Source of the DNA: Nitrospira sp.
Lineage (GTDB): Bacteria; Nitrospirota; Nitrospiria; Nitrospirales; Nitrospiraceae
Length of the DNA: 64,000 nucleotides
Direction: 5' to 3'
NCBI GenBank assembly: GCA_047150005.1
Contig: AP038806.1
Coordinates: 1,632,001-1,696,000 of the forward strand
Shown: one piece after another, positions 22,828 through 32,161 of the stretch
How positions within the stretch are numbered: the first letter of the stretch is position 1
Layout: every line of letters starts with the position of its first letter
Notes under the pieces: model-generated
Seen by the model: the letters and a program-made list of their open reading frames with translations, nothing else
Database searches by the model: none
What the model was told of the DNA's origin: nothing
Program-made: the position numbers and the translations under genes

Positions 22828-23479
22828 GATGTCTCTCCTCTTGGTTGTTCGCCGAGGAGCACGGCCCTTCCTTCGAGCGATGAGCTGACATGCGCTCGCC
22901 GGCCCGAGACATCAGCATGGTGAATAGACGAAGCATCAAACTGGCTATCAACCTCCCGCTCCGAAGGGCATGAGCAGGGGAGCTTTCGAGCCCCTTTGAC
23001 GTGGTGGCTTGCTGGCGCACGGGACCGCGCGGCCATGATGCAGGTAGGTGCCAGAATGTTCGACGGGGAGATCGCCGGGGTTCCGATACATATTCCTCAC
23101 TGCCCCCGGCCTGGAGGGTCCACATGAGACGACGACTGCGAGCGACTTAGTGCACGATCCGTTCTTGGCGTTCCTCCAAGTTCATCGTCTTGCAAATAAC
23201 TGATTTCTCATCTTCGCGAATGGGTCAGCGCGAACAGCGAGCTTCGATGTGGGGAGTTTTTCCACTGACGGCGCGACGGCTACTGTTCCGACCTGCCACA
23301 GGATCGATGCCGTGACTTCGGCAAGCAGGCTCACCGCACGTCCTGAGGATAGGCGGGCACGGGACAAAAAGACCTGACGTGGAGGGATGAGGAGGCGCCC
23401 CGCGCTCGCGGGACACGGCCAGGCACCGGGGACAGATGAATTGACAATGGGACGCCCAGGCCCGGTCCGGACATCGTCC

Positions 23480-23722
23480 GGCAGAAACCGACGCGGTCTC
23501 CCTGCTCGTGACCCGGCACATCGTTCCGATGGGCCTCGCCCTCGAGACGTTCGACCTCGGCCAGACAGGGCTCGACGACCCTCGGTGGAGCGAACCGTTC
23601 CAACAGGACGAACTCGTGCTGGTCCCAACGGGCTCTTTGGATCTCGTGCCGATCGTCCCGATCGACGGCTGCCGCGAGATCCGCCGTGATGTCGGACGCA
23701 GGGTGTGTCCGCGGCAGTCCAC
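23480..23722 (-). pseudogene. Possible decayed 5' remnant of a 2OG-Fe(II) oxygenase-like gene
   Basis: Frame reads ..DQHEFVLLERFAPPRVVEPCLAEVERLEGEAHRNDVPGH..; the RBS-preceded GTG at 23722 is out of frame. Family call is from recollection only. Confidence 0.35.
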
Positions 23723-23732
23723 GTTCCTTCCC

Positions 23733-24704
23733 CTAGCTCCTGTCTTTCTCGCTTGAGGATTGACCGATGACGCTCGGCGGTTGCATCGATTTGGCGCACC
23801 GGAATCCCAACCAATTGATCTTGGTGGTCGGGTCGGTCCCGTTCCGCATCGCCACCCGCATGGTCGTCGTGCTGTCCATCCACCCGCCGCCGCGAAACGC
23901 TTTCTGGGTTCCCGTCTCCGGTCCTTTCGGGTTCCGGTCCGGCGCCGTCTTGTAATAGTCCTGATCGTACCAATCGGAGACCCATTCGGCGACATTGCCC
24001 ATCGTTTGATAGAGCCCATACGGACTCACCGAATTTTCATACTTGTCCACCGCGATGATCGGTGGATACATCAGCAGCCGTTCCGGCCTGTCCCGCACCG
24101 GGCCCGAGAGACCTGTGCGGCCAAAATTCACACGGCTCAGGCCGGCCGGCTGGTTCCCCCAGGGATTCAGGCGCCCGTCCTCTCCGCGGGCCGCCTTTTC
24201 CCATTCCGCTTCCGTCGGGAGCCGCTTCCCGGCCCAGGTGCAGTAGGCGTCGGCGTCAAACCAACTGACGTGCATGATGGGGTGATTCGCCATCGCTCCC
24301 TGGAAATTGCCTCCGTCGTACCGCCAGTCAATTTGCGGGTTCCGCCCCGTCTCCAGAACGAACTTGAGATACTGGAGATTCGTGACCTCATACTTGTCGA
24401 TCTCAAAGGCATCGAGGGAGATGCGACGCTGCGGTAACTCCGCCTTGTAGGCATTCCGGTCCACTTTCTTGTCGCTGCCCATGACGAATTCGCCGGCGGG
24501 TATCCGGACCATTTCTGCTTTGGGAGCCCACGTGGACACCCGCTCGGCCGCCAGCTTCTTGCCGTCCTCCGTCCATTCCACCGTGATGTCCTGCGTGTCG
24601 AGACCCCAGGCGACGCGCGCCAGAGTGAACAGCGCGATAGTGATCAGCAAGGCGTTGATGATCCGGTCCCGGTTTTTCAAATTGTACATGTCGTTTCGTT
24701 CCAC
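23733..24704 (-). CDS. Secreted FGE/SUMF1-domain protein lacking catalytic cysteines
   Basis: IPAGEFVMGS, FEIDKYEVTN, KRLPTEAEWEKAARG, MGNVAEW, RGGGW, GFRC. Confidence 0.9.
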   Translation of the reverse strand: MERNDMYNLKNRDRIINALLITIALFTLARVAWGLDTQDITVEWTEDGKKLAAERVSTWAPKAEMVRIPAGEFVMGSDKKVDRNAYKAELPQRRISLDAFEIDKYEVTNLQYLKFVLETGRNPQIDWRYDGGNFQGAMANHPIMHVSWFDADAYCTWAGKRLPTEAEWEKAARGEDGRLNPWGNQPAGLSRVNFGRTGLSGPVRDRPERLLMYPPIIAVDKYENSVSPYGLYQTMGNVAEWVSDWYDQDYYKTAPDRNPKGPETGTQKAFRGGGWMDSTTTMRVAMRNGTDPTTKINWLGFRCAKSMQPPSVIGQSSSEKDRS

Positions 24705-24722
24705 GATTTGGCCTCCTTGCTG

Positions 24723-25751
24723 TTAATGCCGCCGTTCGTGATGGGCCGATCGTCCACCGATGGAACGCTGGACGGTGAGCCTGTCGAGTCGCGGCGTGTC
24801 CTGAGTCGGTCTGGGCTCCGGTTCCGCGCTTCCTTCTTGCGCGCCATGCGGCTTGACGGAGTCGATCGAAGTCTGCACGATCGAGGAGTGCTTCGAGACT
24901 CTCGCGCACCGAAAGCCCGTCAGGTAACTCCTGCGGTCCGGCGCCCCGGCGTTCCGTCCGGCCGAGCGGGCAACTTCCGGATCCTCGTTCCATGACCCGC
25001 CTCGAAAGACTTTGTCCACTCCGTGCTGCGGCCCGGCAGGATTCCTGTTCTCGTCGCGCTGGTAGTATTCCGGATCGAACCAATCAGCGACCCACTCGCT
25101 GACGTTCCCCGCCATCTGGTGCACCCCATAAGGGCTCACGCCTTGATCGTAGCGATTCACGTTCGCGAGCGGAGGGTACTTGAATCCACGTTTGGAACCG
25201 GGATGCGCGATGTTGCTCTTGAGCCATCCGGCAGGCTCATTCCCCCACGGAAACACTCGCCCGTCTTCGCCCCTTGCCGCTTTCTCCCACTCCGCTTCCG
25301 TGGGCAGCCGCTTCCCCGCCCACCGGCAGTACGCATCGGCGTCGTTCCAACTCACATTGATTACGGGGTGAAGGGCGGCCTTTTCCTGGAATGGACTCTC
25401 GCGCCAAAACCGCGGCCAATCCGCTCCCGTGGCCAGGACATAGCGAAGGTAATCCACGTTCGAGACTTCGTACTTGTCGATCTCAAACCCGTCCACGTAC
25501 ACGTTGTGTTGAGGTAGCTCCTGCGGTCCTGCCGCTCTGTCGATCTTCGGATCGCTACCCATGAGGAACCAACCGGCCGGCACCTCGACCATGCCTACCG
25601 GCGCGTCCATCGCGGCGAGCCGCTCCGGTCCGTCGAGCGGTGTCCAGAGCGGCGGCTGTTTCGACGATTCGTGATCGGCCTTGGCTGGCGTCACTGAAGC
25701 ACACAGAGCGACTAGCAGCGCGACCGCAAGGCGAAAGGGGGTAACCCCCAT
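24723..25751 (-). CDS. Secreted FGE/SUMF1-domain protein lacking catalytic cysteines
   Basis: Signal peptide AKA-D; KRLPTEAEWEKAARG, MAGNVSEW, RGGSW, GFRC. Confidence 0.9.
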   Translation of the reverse strand: MGVTPFRLAVALLVALCASVTPAKADHESSKQPPLWTPLDGPERLAAMDAPVGMVEVPAGWFLMGSDPKIDRAAGPQELPQHNVYVDGFEIDKYEVSNVDYLRYVLATGADWPRFWRESPFQEKAALHPVINVSWNDADAYCRWAGKRLPTEAEWEKAARGEDGRVFPWGNEPAGWLKSNIAHPGSKRGFKYPPLANVNRYDQGVSPYGVHQMAGNVSEWVADWFDPEYYQRDENRNPAGPQHGVDKVFRGGSWNEDPEVARSAGRNAGAPDRRSYLTGFRCARVSKHSSIVQTSIDSVKPHGAQEGSAEPEPRPTQDTPRLDRLTVQRSIGGRSAHHERRH

Positions 25752-25768
25752 ATCCCGCTATCCTCTCT

Positions 25769-26695
25769 TCAGTGTTCCTGCTTCTGGATCATCGGGTCGA
25801 TGTCTCTCTGCGTGTCCTCCGGCACGTTGTAGCGGACGTAAGGATGATCCATCACTTCATTGGCATAGAGTCGTCCGGTCGGGGCCGTGACCACGATGTC
25901 CGCTTGGGCTGTTCGAGCGGAGTCGATGGTGACGGTCTGTTCGATCGCGGTCCGGACGTAGGGATGCCAGACGACCAGCCTATATGTTCCGGGCGGCACG
26001 TCGGTCATGGTGAACCGGCCTTGCTCGTCTGTCTTGGCGAAGTACGGATTCGTCACGGCCAGGCCCCAACTCTCCATGTAGGCGTGGAAGCCGCATTGCA
26101 TGACGAAGACCCGGCGTCCTTTGCTGAGATTCACCAACTGCTTCATCGGCGCGCCGGCCATGTGCCGATGGTACAGCGCGGCGTCGCTCCGATCCTTGAA
26201 GTTGCGCGGGTGCTGTGGATTCATCGGCAGCGGCACGTTGAACAGGACGCGCGGACCCAGATGGGAGGTCTCGTACGCCTGAATGTCGTGCATGACCGGA
26301 TCCATGTTGACGACCGTCACCGTCTGATCGTCCCGCACCACTGTCGTGAACGGAACGAAGAGACAGTCTTTGGCCTCGACCTGCGGCAGGCCGACCTCGG
26401 CGAACGGTTTGCCTCGATCGATGTCTTCCAGATACACCACCACGTCTCGAAATTCTCCTTGCGGTCCGACCTGGAAGGGCTGCAGGATGCGCCAGCCTTG
26501 GCCATCGGAAATGCGCCCACAATAGTATTGGTCCGGCAACGTCACGAGGTTGTAGCCTTTCGGCTTGGGAACCTTCCCCTCGAGTGTCACAGTCCCACTC
26601 AGTGTGCCGCCGTCTGCGACCGTGATTTCTTCATAGGCGTGGACGGGAGTGCCCAGGCTTATCGCGATCAGTGCTGCCGTAAGATATTTGATCAT
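25769..26695 (-). CDS. Secreted cupredoxin-like / carboxypeptidase-regulatory-like domain protein
   Basis: Signal peptide VHA-Y; NMDPVMHD, QCGFHAYME (C-x2-H-x2-M), TDEQGRF..VPPGTYRLVVWHP. Confidence 0.8.
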   Translation of the reverse strand: MIKYLTAALIAISLGTPVHAYEEITVADGGTLSGTVTLEGKVPKPKGYNLVTLPDQYYCGRISDGQGWRILQPFQVGPQGEFRDVVVYLEDIDRGKPFAEVGLPQVEAKDCLFVPFTTVVRDDQTVTVVNMDPVMHDIQAYETSHLGPRVLFNVPLPMNPQHPRNFKDRSDAALYHRHMAGAPMKQLVNLSKGRRVFVMQCGFHAYMESWGLAVTNPYFAKTDEQGRFTMTDVPPGTYRLVVWHPYVRTAIEQTVTIDSARTAQADIVVTAPTGRLYANEVMDHPYVRYNVPEDTQRDIDPMIQKQEH

Positions 26696-26719
26696 CGTCC
26701 TTCCTCCGGCCTCTGCTTA

Positions 26720-26882
26720 AGTTTTGAGTTTTCAGTTGTGAGTGTTGAGAACGTATAACTCTTGAAATGAGATAGGGGAGCTACACCGTCGGCGCAGCTC
26801 CCCTTCTTGTCGAGTGCTCAGTGCTGAGGACCGAGTGCTGAGATCGAACGCTCTCAGTCCCCAGTCCTCACGCCTTAGTCCT
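26720..26882. repeat. Heptamer tandem arrays flanking a hairpin
   Basis: AGTTTTG/AGTTTTC/AGTTGTG/AGTGTTG; hairpin AGGGGAGCT..AGCTCCCCT (26774-26804); AGTGCTC/AGTGCTG/AGGACCG/AGTGCTG then inverted CTCAGTC/CCCAGTC/CTCACGC/CTTAGTC. Confidence 0.75.
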
Positions 26883-26889
26883 TTCTGTT

Positions 26890-29800
26890 CTACCGCATAG
26901 CGGTTGGAATAGCCTGAGTTGCTGGCTCCTGCTCCGCCCGCTTGGCACCCATACCGGCCGCGCCCAGCGGTTGAATCCGTGCGTCACCGGCTGGCAACAC
27001 CCGGAGGTAGCCCCATTGCCCTGATTGCGTGTAGGGCAGCCGATTGTTCGACCACACGAAATCTCCGGCCTGGCGATACGGTCCGCCCGCTCCGCCGCGG
27101 ATGAAGACATCGAGGGTCTCGGATCCGGCGTACTCCACCACGCTGATCATATCGGCGCCCGGCATGTAGGGCTCGATCGGCCATTCATGGCCTTCGACGC
27201 CGAACATCCCGTTCTGCTCGCTATTGGCTCCGATCACATGGATACGAATCGGATCGCCGGCGTGCGCCTCGATCAGAGGTGTGGCCGGATCTTCGGGCTT
27301 GTCTACGACGCAGGGCTGGAAGATCTTGCCCAGCGAGCAGCCTTGTTCTTCACGGAACTTGTACGGTTCGGCGCGGTAGTTCACCGACGTCAGCCCCGCC
27401 ACGTTCTGCACGTAGGGCATGAACGCGGTCCCGATGATGTTGTCCTCGTCCTGGAAATAGAGGGCGACATCACGATAGTTCCGCTTGCCCACGTTCTCCG
27501 GCAGGCTGGCGTCGACGATGACGTCGGCCCTCCAGGAGTTTTTCTGTGAAAGGTCGGCGCCGGTGACAGGGTCGCGGTACTGCGATCCCTTCGGGCCGAC
27601 GATGACGGCCCCGTACAATCCGTTGCGCGGATTGACGACGATGTTGCCGCCGTCCCATACCAGCGACGTCGTCTCCTTGTTGGCAGGATGGGCGTAGTAG
27701 GTATAGGCGCGGCTCTCGCCGGGACCGACGGTCTGATCGCCGCCGTTGTTGCCGACGTTCAGGCCCTGGCTGTCTTTCGGATCGAAGGCCAATCCAGGGG
27801 CGAAGAAAGACGCCCGGCTGGCCTTCATCTTGTTCTTCAGATTCACCTTGATGCAGTCGCCCAGGTTGGCGCGCAGCGTCAGGGGATGGGGAGTCGTCCC
27901 GCTGGCCACCGTCGTCGCCTCCTCTTCGAGCGCGAAGATTTTGCCTTCCGGCATGGTCATTTCAATCTTCCGCTCGAAATCCACCTCGATCACATCCGGC
28001 GCCTTCTGGTTGAGTTTCATCGGGCGGTCCAACGCCACGACGTTGAAGTTCTTCACCGGAGCGTCGGCGGGACAGACTGAACTCGGCGTGGCGGGAATCC
28101 CGAGCGGATTGGTCCCCTTCGGGAGCGGCTTGAGGTCCGGCGTTTCCTTGTCGAGCACGCGCACGATTCCCCATCCGCCTTCGGCGAAGTGCGAGCTTCG
28201 GCCGTTGAAGTGGATGTAGTCGCCCGGCATACCCTGGAATCCGCCCGCCTTGGTCACGAGGTCGTACCGCTCGGCGATCCCGACGTGAATCGAGTTCTTC
28301 CGATTGGCGTCCGCCGCATACCGTTCCGTGAGGAAGGTATGGCCGGAGATCGTCCAGACGTGCGATTCGTTCATCAGCTGGTGCAACAGGCGGAACACCA
28401 TGGTGTCGCCCGTGTACGCCCGCAACAGCGGGGTATCAGGATCACCATGGATCGCGCTGCTGAACAGCTTGGACGTGTCCGGGTTGTTCGAGAGGCGTTG
28501 CGCAAACGGTTCCGCGCGGAAGTTGAACCCGCTGCCGGTCGTATGCGTGCCGCCGTTGATGTACTTGTTCGGCGCGTTCATGATCTTCTCGGGCATCTGG
28601 AACGACACCGTCTTACCCGCTTCCAACGCCACCTCGATCGGCTGTCCCGGAGGATTGCCGGCTTCGATGATGTTGACGGTGTGCGGCACCGTGTCGTGGA
28701 TGGAAACCATCAATTCACGGAAGCTGCCGCTGACACCGGCGCCGATCGGCTCGTTGCTGTGAATGTCCGCAATCGGGCCGCTGTAGACGAGCTTGCCGTT
28801 TTTCGGATCGTGATAGGTGGATCCGAACGGCTCGACCAGCGTCACGCCGAACCCGCCGTGCGGCCAGGTCGTCGCGCCGAACGCGTGGTCATGCCAGAAC
28901 ACGGTCCCCATATCCACGTCCACCCACCACCGATAGCGCACGAACTCCGGCGAGACGAGATCGTTGGCCGGGTGGTTGTGCTTCAGCGGTTTGAAGAACG
29001 TCACTTGATCGCCCTTGATGTCCTTGATGCGGGCGACCTCGGAGCAGCTTTTATCCCGAGGCAATGAGGCCGTGGGATCGTTGCCGTTCTCGAGACAATC
29101 CATGCCGACCATGACTTCGGTGTTCACATGGAACGCCGTGGCACCAGGAGCCATCTGGATCTTGATGCCGGTGGCTCCCGCTTTCGCGCCGCCGACGAGC
29201 TTGGCGACCATCGGCGCCGGCAGCCCGTGCTTTGTCTTCTTCCCGAACATGGTGAACGGGCGCACCGACATCTCGTACTCGAAGCCGGAGATCACGCCGT
29301 CCGAGTTCCCCGTGTCGAACTGGAAGAAGTGAGGATGGATGTTGATCTTCGACGATTGGAAATTGGTGTAATCGTCGTCGTCCCACTCGCTGGTGAGCAC
29401 CAGGTCCACGCAGTCATACACATTGGCGCGAATGACGGCGGGAAGTTTGAGATCATCGTTCGCCCTGATCAAGCGCTCTTCCTCGTGCAGGACATAAATC
29501 AGGCCGTCCTTGTCGACGATCGGAGGCTCTTTACCCTGTTTCTTGGCGAGTGTGATCGGCATCCGGGCAAAGTGAATGTTGTAGAACTTCTGATTGGCGT
29601 TGTCGGGACAGAGACTCCAACGGCCCTGCTCGCCGGGCTTGGCCGGTTCGGAGGTCCGTTCGCCGTTCGCATCCTGGTGGATCGGCTCCAGCCAGGGCGC
29701 ACCGCTGTGGTTCGCCGAGAAGGGCACACGTTTACCGAAGTGCGGCTTGAAGAGCGGCCAGGCCAGTTTCCCCGTCGTCGGATCGAACAGGATCGCCGGT

Positions 29801-31824
29801 CTGGTGCTGTCATCCCACTTCGCGGCCCACTGATACTTGGGATTCTGCGCGGTGCTCTCGCGTTCGCCGCGGGCGATGTTGCCGTCCCACTTCCAGTCCC
29901 ATACGGTTGAATCATAGGAGAGGATCTGGCCCTTCTCGTCGTTCGTGTGACCCGGTTGTCCTTGCGCAGGCACGAACATCTCGACCCAATCCTTGATGTT
30001 CACGATGACCGGATCGGATTTCCAGTTGGTCTTCTGGCCCTTGTCGACGATCTTGAACGTCTTGCCGAACCAATCGAGGGTGGTCCCGATCAGTTTGTCG
30101 GACGAGACGCCTTGCTTGATGCGGCCCTTCCGGTCCGGCAATTCCTGCAAGTCCGGCATCGTGTCCGTATGGGCCGAACCGACCTGCAGCGTATTATAGA
30201 ACCGGCCATAGCCCCACATGCCTGCCACGTAATGATGCGCGACGTGACAGTGATAGAGGAACTCACCCGCAAGGTGCTGGCAACCGCCGCCGCCGCATTC
30301 CGGCTCCAGGTCCAAGGCTTCAGACGGGCCGATGACTTCCACGTCCACGCGGTCGGACTTGGTCCGGACGACGGGATATTTCACCGGACCGTCCTGGCCC
30401 ATCGCCCACAGATTGTTGGGCTCTGTTCCCGGGCTCCGCTGCCAGCGGATCGATCCGCTATGCGGATGATGCGAGTGGAACACCTCGGAACCGCCGTGCA
30501 CCAGCCGCCATTTGACTGGCTCGCCCAGATAGCCCCGCGCGATCGTGGTCGGCGTGTCGCCGAACGTATAGGCGCTGTAGGCCATCGATTCGTCCTCGAA
30601 CCCGAAATATTCATGTTGCAGGTGCATCTGATCGATCCCGAACGGCTCGCTGCGATAGTTGATCGCGCGGCCGCCCGGCCGATAGGCGTCGGTCAGCGGA
30701 TCGCGTTGCGGCAGGAAATCGCCCTTCTTGTTCAAGGGGCGGAAGGCTTCGTCGCCGATCTCATGGTAGAAGAGCACGAATTCACGGAAGTCCGGTCCGG
30801 ACCCGTTGTCGATGTTGACCTGCCAGCCGCTCCTGACCGGCTTGTCGGGGCCCGTGCCCAGCGAGTCGAAGTACTTGGAGCCCTTCGGCTCGACGATGAA
30901 CGCGCCGAAGAGGCCGAGGACGGTCAGCTCGCGGTCATGGCTGTAGGAGTGGAATTGCCGCACGCCTTCCTGCATGTGCGGATGGATATACCACTCGAAT
31001 TCCTGGGCTTTGCCGGGCGCCACGATGGAATCCGGATTTGTCGTCGTCGCCGGCTTGCCGGTCGTGCTCACGATCATGCTGGAGGCTTGGATGAACAAGC
31101 TCCCGTCCTCGCTCTCCATCTGATTGCGGAGCGTCATTTTGATGCAGTCGCCCTGGTTGGCGCGGAGCACCAACGGTTGAATCACATCGCCCTGCAGTCC
31201 CGTGGTGACGGCGCCGGGATCATATCCGTCTTTGTCGCGGGAGGCCTTGTTCTTGGCTTCCTCTGCGCGGGCCTTCTCGACGTCCTCGCTCAGCACATAC
31301 ATGTAGCCGGGATAGTAGTCGAGCCAGCGGTTCAAGGTGATCTCGATATTGATCATCGACACGTCATAGGTCTTCGTCGGCGCGTTGGCCGGACACTTGC
31401 CCCCCGATGACAGGACCGGCTCACCCTTGCCGGCATCCGTCATGAGCAGGAAGCTGCTGCCGTCCTGTCCCATGTATTGGTGCATCATGGACATGTTGTT
31501 GAATGCGCCGGACGTCTGCTGCGCCTGCGCGTCCTTCTGCGCCTGCTCCTCGAGCCTGCGCATCAGGCGATGGTGCTGGAGCTCCATCTTCTCGGAGCGT
31601 TCCGGCCGCCCTTCGATCGTGTCCTCCACGACTGTCTGGCCTTTCAACTGCTGGGTCCAGCCCGGCATCGATACCGGTGTCGCATGGCCATCGTGGGACC
31701 CCGATGGTTCCGCCCCTGACGGCCACGCGGTCGCCACCAAGCTGCCGGCAAGCAGCACGCTTTGGAGCGTGAGGGCGGCGCCGGTGCGCTTCTGCCTGCG
31801 TTGTGGTTGATATAGATGAGACAT
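26890..31824 (-). CDS. Large multicopper oxidase, MnxG-like
   Basis: RR-containing signal peptide; HSHHPH, YHCHVAHHYVAGM, NIHPH, FWHDH copper motifs; GGAGG RBS before ATG 31824. Confidence 0.88.
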   Translation of the reverse strand: MSHLYQPQRRQKRTGAALTLQSVLLAGSLVATAWPSGAEPSGSHDGHATPVSMPGWTQQLKGQTVVEDTIEGRPERSEKMELQHHRLMRRLEEQAQKDAQAQQTSGAFNNMSMMHQYMGQDGSSFLLMTDAGKGEPVLSSGGKCPANAPTKTYDVSMINIEITLNRWLDYYPGYMYVLSEDVEKARAEEAKNKASRDKDGYDPGAVTTGLQGDVIQPLVLRANQGDCIKMTLRNQMESEDGSLFIQASSMIVSTTGKPATTTNPDSIVAPGKAQEFEWYIHPHMQEGVRQFHSYSHDRELTVLGLFGAFIVEPKGSKYFDSLGTGPDKPVRSGWQVNIDNGSGPDFREFVLFYHEIGDEAFRPLNKKGDFLPQRDPLTDAYRPGGRAINYRSEPFGIDQMHLQHEYFGFEDESMAYSAYTFGDTPTTIARGYLGEPVKWRLVHGGSEVFHSHHPHSGSIRWQRSPGTEPNNLWAMGQDGPVKYPVVRTKSDRVDVEVIGPSEALDLEPECGGGGCQHLAGEFLYHCHVAHHYVAGMWGYGRFYNTLQVGSAHTDTMPDLQELPDRKGRIKQGVSSDKLIGTTLDWFGKTFKIVDKGQKTNWKSDPVIVNIKDWVEMFVPAQGQPGHTNDEKGQILSYDSTVWDWKWDGNIARGERESTAQNPKYQWAAKWDDSTRPAILFDPTTGKLAWPLFKPHFGKRVPFSANHSGAPWLEPIHQDANGERTSEPAKPGEQGRWSLCPDNANQKFYNIHFARMPITLAKKQGKEPPIVDKDGLIYVLHEEERLIRANDDLKLPAVIRANVYDCVDLVLTSEWDDDDYTNFQSSKINIHPHFFQFDTGNSDGVISGFEYEMSVRPFTMFGKKTKHGLPAPMVAKLVGGAKAGATGIKIQMAPGATAFHVNTEVMVGMDCLENGNDPTASLPRDKSCSEVARIKDIKGDQVTFFKPLKHNHPANDLVSPEFVRYRWWVDVDMGTVFWHDHAFGATTWPHGGFGVTLVEPFGSTYHDPKNGKLVYSGPIADIHSNEPIGAGVSGSFRELMVSIHDTVPHTVNIIEAGNPPGQPIEVALEAGKTVSFQMPEKIMNAPNKYINGGTHTTGSGFNFRAEPFAQRLSNNPDTSKLFSSAIHGDPDTPLLRAYTGDTMVFRLLHQLMNESHVWTISGHTFLTERYAADANRKNSIHVGIAERYDLVTKAGGFQGMPGDYIHFNGRSSHFAEGGWGIVRVLDKETPDLKPLPKGTNPLGIPATPSSVCPADAPVKNFNVVALDRPMKLNQKAPDVIEVDFERKIEMTMPEGKIFALEEEATTVASGTTPHPLTLRANLGDCIKVNLKNKMKASRASFFAPGLAFDPKDSQGLNVGNNGGDQTVGPGESRAYTYYAHPANKETTSLVWDGGNIVVNPRNGLYGAVIVGPKGSQYRDPVTGADLSQKNSWRADVIVDASLPENVGKRNYRDVALYFQDEDNIIGTAFMPYVQNVAGLTSVNYRAEPYKFREEQGCSLGKIFQPCVVDKPEDPATPLIEAHAGDPIRIHVIGANSEQNGMFGVEGHEWPIEPYMPGADMISVVEYAGSETLDVFIRGGAGGPYRQAGDFVWSNNRLPYTQSGQWGYLRVLPAGDARIQPLGAAGMGAKRAEQEPATQAIPTAMR

Positions 31825-31921
31825 ACGGCCTCCCCCTGTTGTACCCGCCTCTTCGGCGGCTGGTTGAAACACGTCTCCTGTCGATTTTTTAATCAACGAC
31901 CCGGTTCCATGTAGTCAGGGC

Positions 31922-32042
31922 ACCGGCCTCCGAGCAACCTCCGGCCAACGACCTTGAGGGGATAGAGCTGGTGAAGGTTTCCTTCTTTCGAAGGAGGGTC
32001 ATTCGGAGGCCGGTCCTAATCACCCGGGCCTTCACCAGCACT
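31922..32042 (-). ncRNA. Candidate structured 5' leader RNA of the MCO transcript
   Basis: 11-bp closing stem, two inner hairpins (one GAAA tetraloop), 12-nt downstream complement; begins at predicted +1. Confidence 0.5.
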
Positions 32043-32053
32043 CGGGCGATAGC

Positions 32054-32068
32054 GCAATAGCCGTGCCG
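32054..32068 (-). promoter_or_regulatory. Sigma54 promoter of the MCO operon
   Basis: Minus strand CGGCACGGCTATTGC, near-consensus GG-N10-GC. Confidence 0.8.
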
Positions 32069-32161
32069 ATGCAGGGTCGCCGGTGCGGAATAAAAATATC
32101 CGGAGAGACAAGGGCTTACGACCTTCGGTTCGGAGAGGTGAAGACACTGCGTCCTGCGTGC

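Noticed and set aside
23039..23053. Sigma54-like TGGCACCTACCTGCA (similar sites near 44237-44250 and 50281-50295)
   Set aside because: GG to GC spacing is 9 nt, not the required 10.
23733..25751. True formylglycine-generating enzymes, or diversity-generating retroelement targets
   Set aside because: Catalytic cysteines are absent and there is no sulfatase; no reverse transcriptase or template repeat was seen.
26720..26882. CRISPR array
   Set aside because: Units are 7-nt tandem repeats with no unique spacers and no cas genes in the window.
31922..32042. Known riboswitch (yybP-ykoY, c-di-GMP, cobalamin) in the MCO leader
   Set aside because: Hallmark conserved sequences were not recognisable by eye; kept as an unassigned structured RNA pending cmscan.
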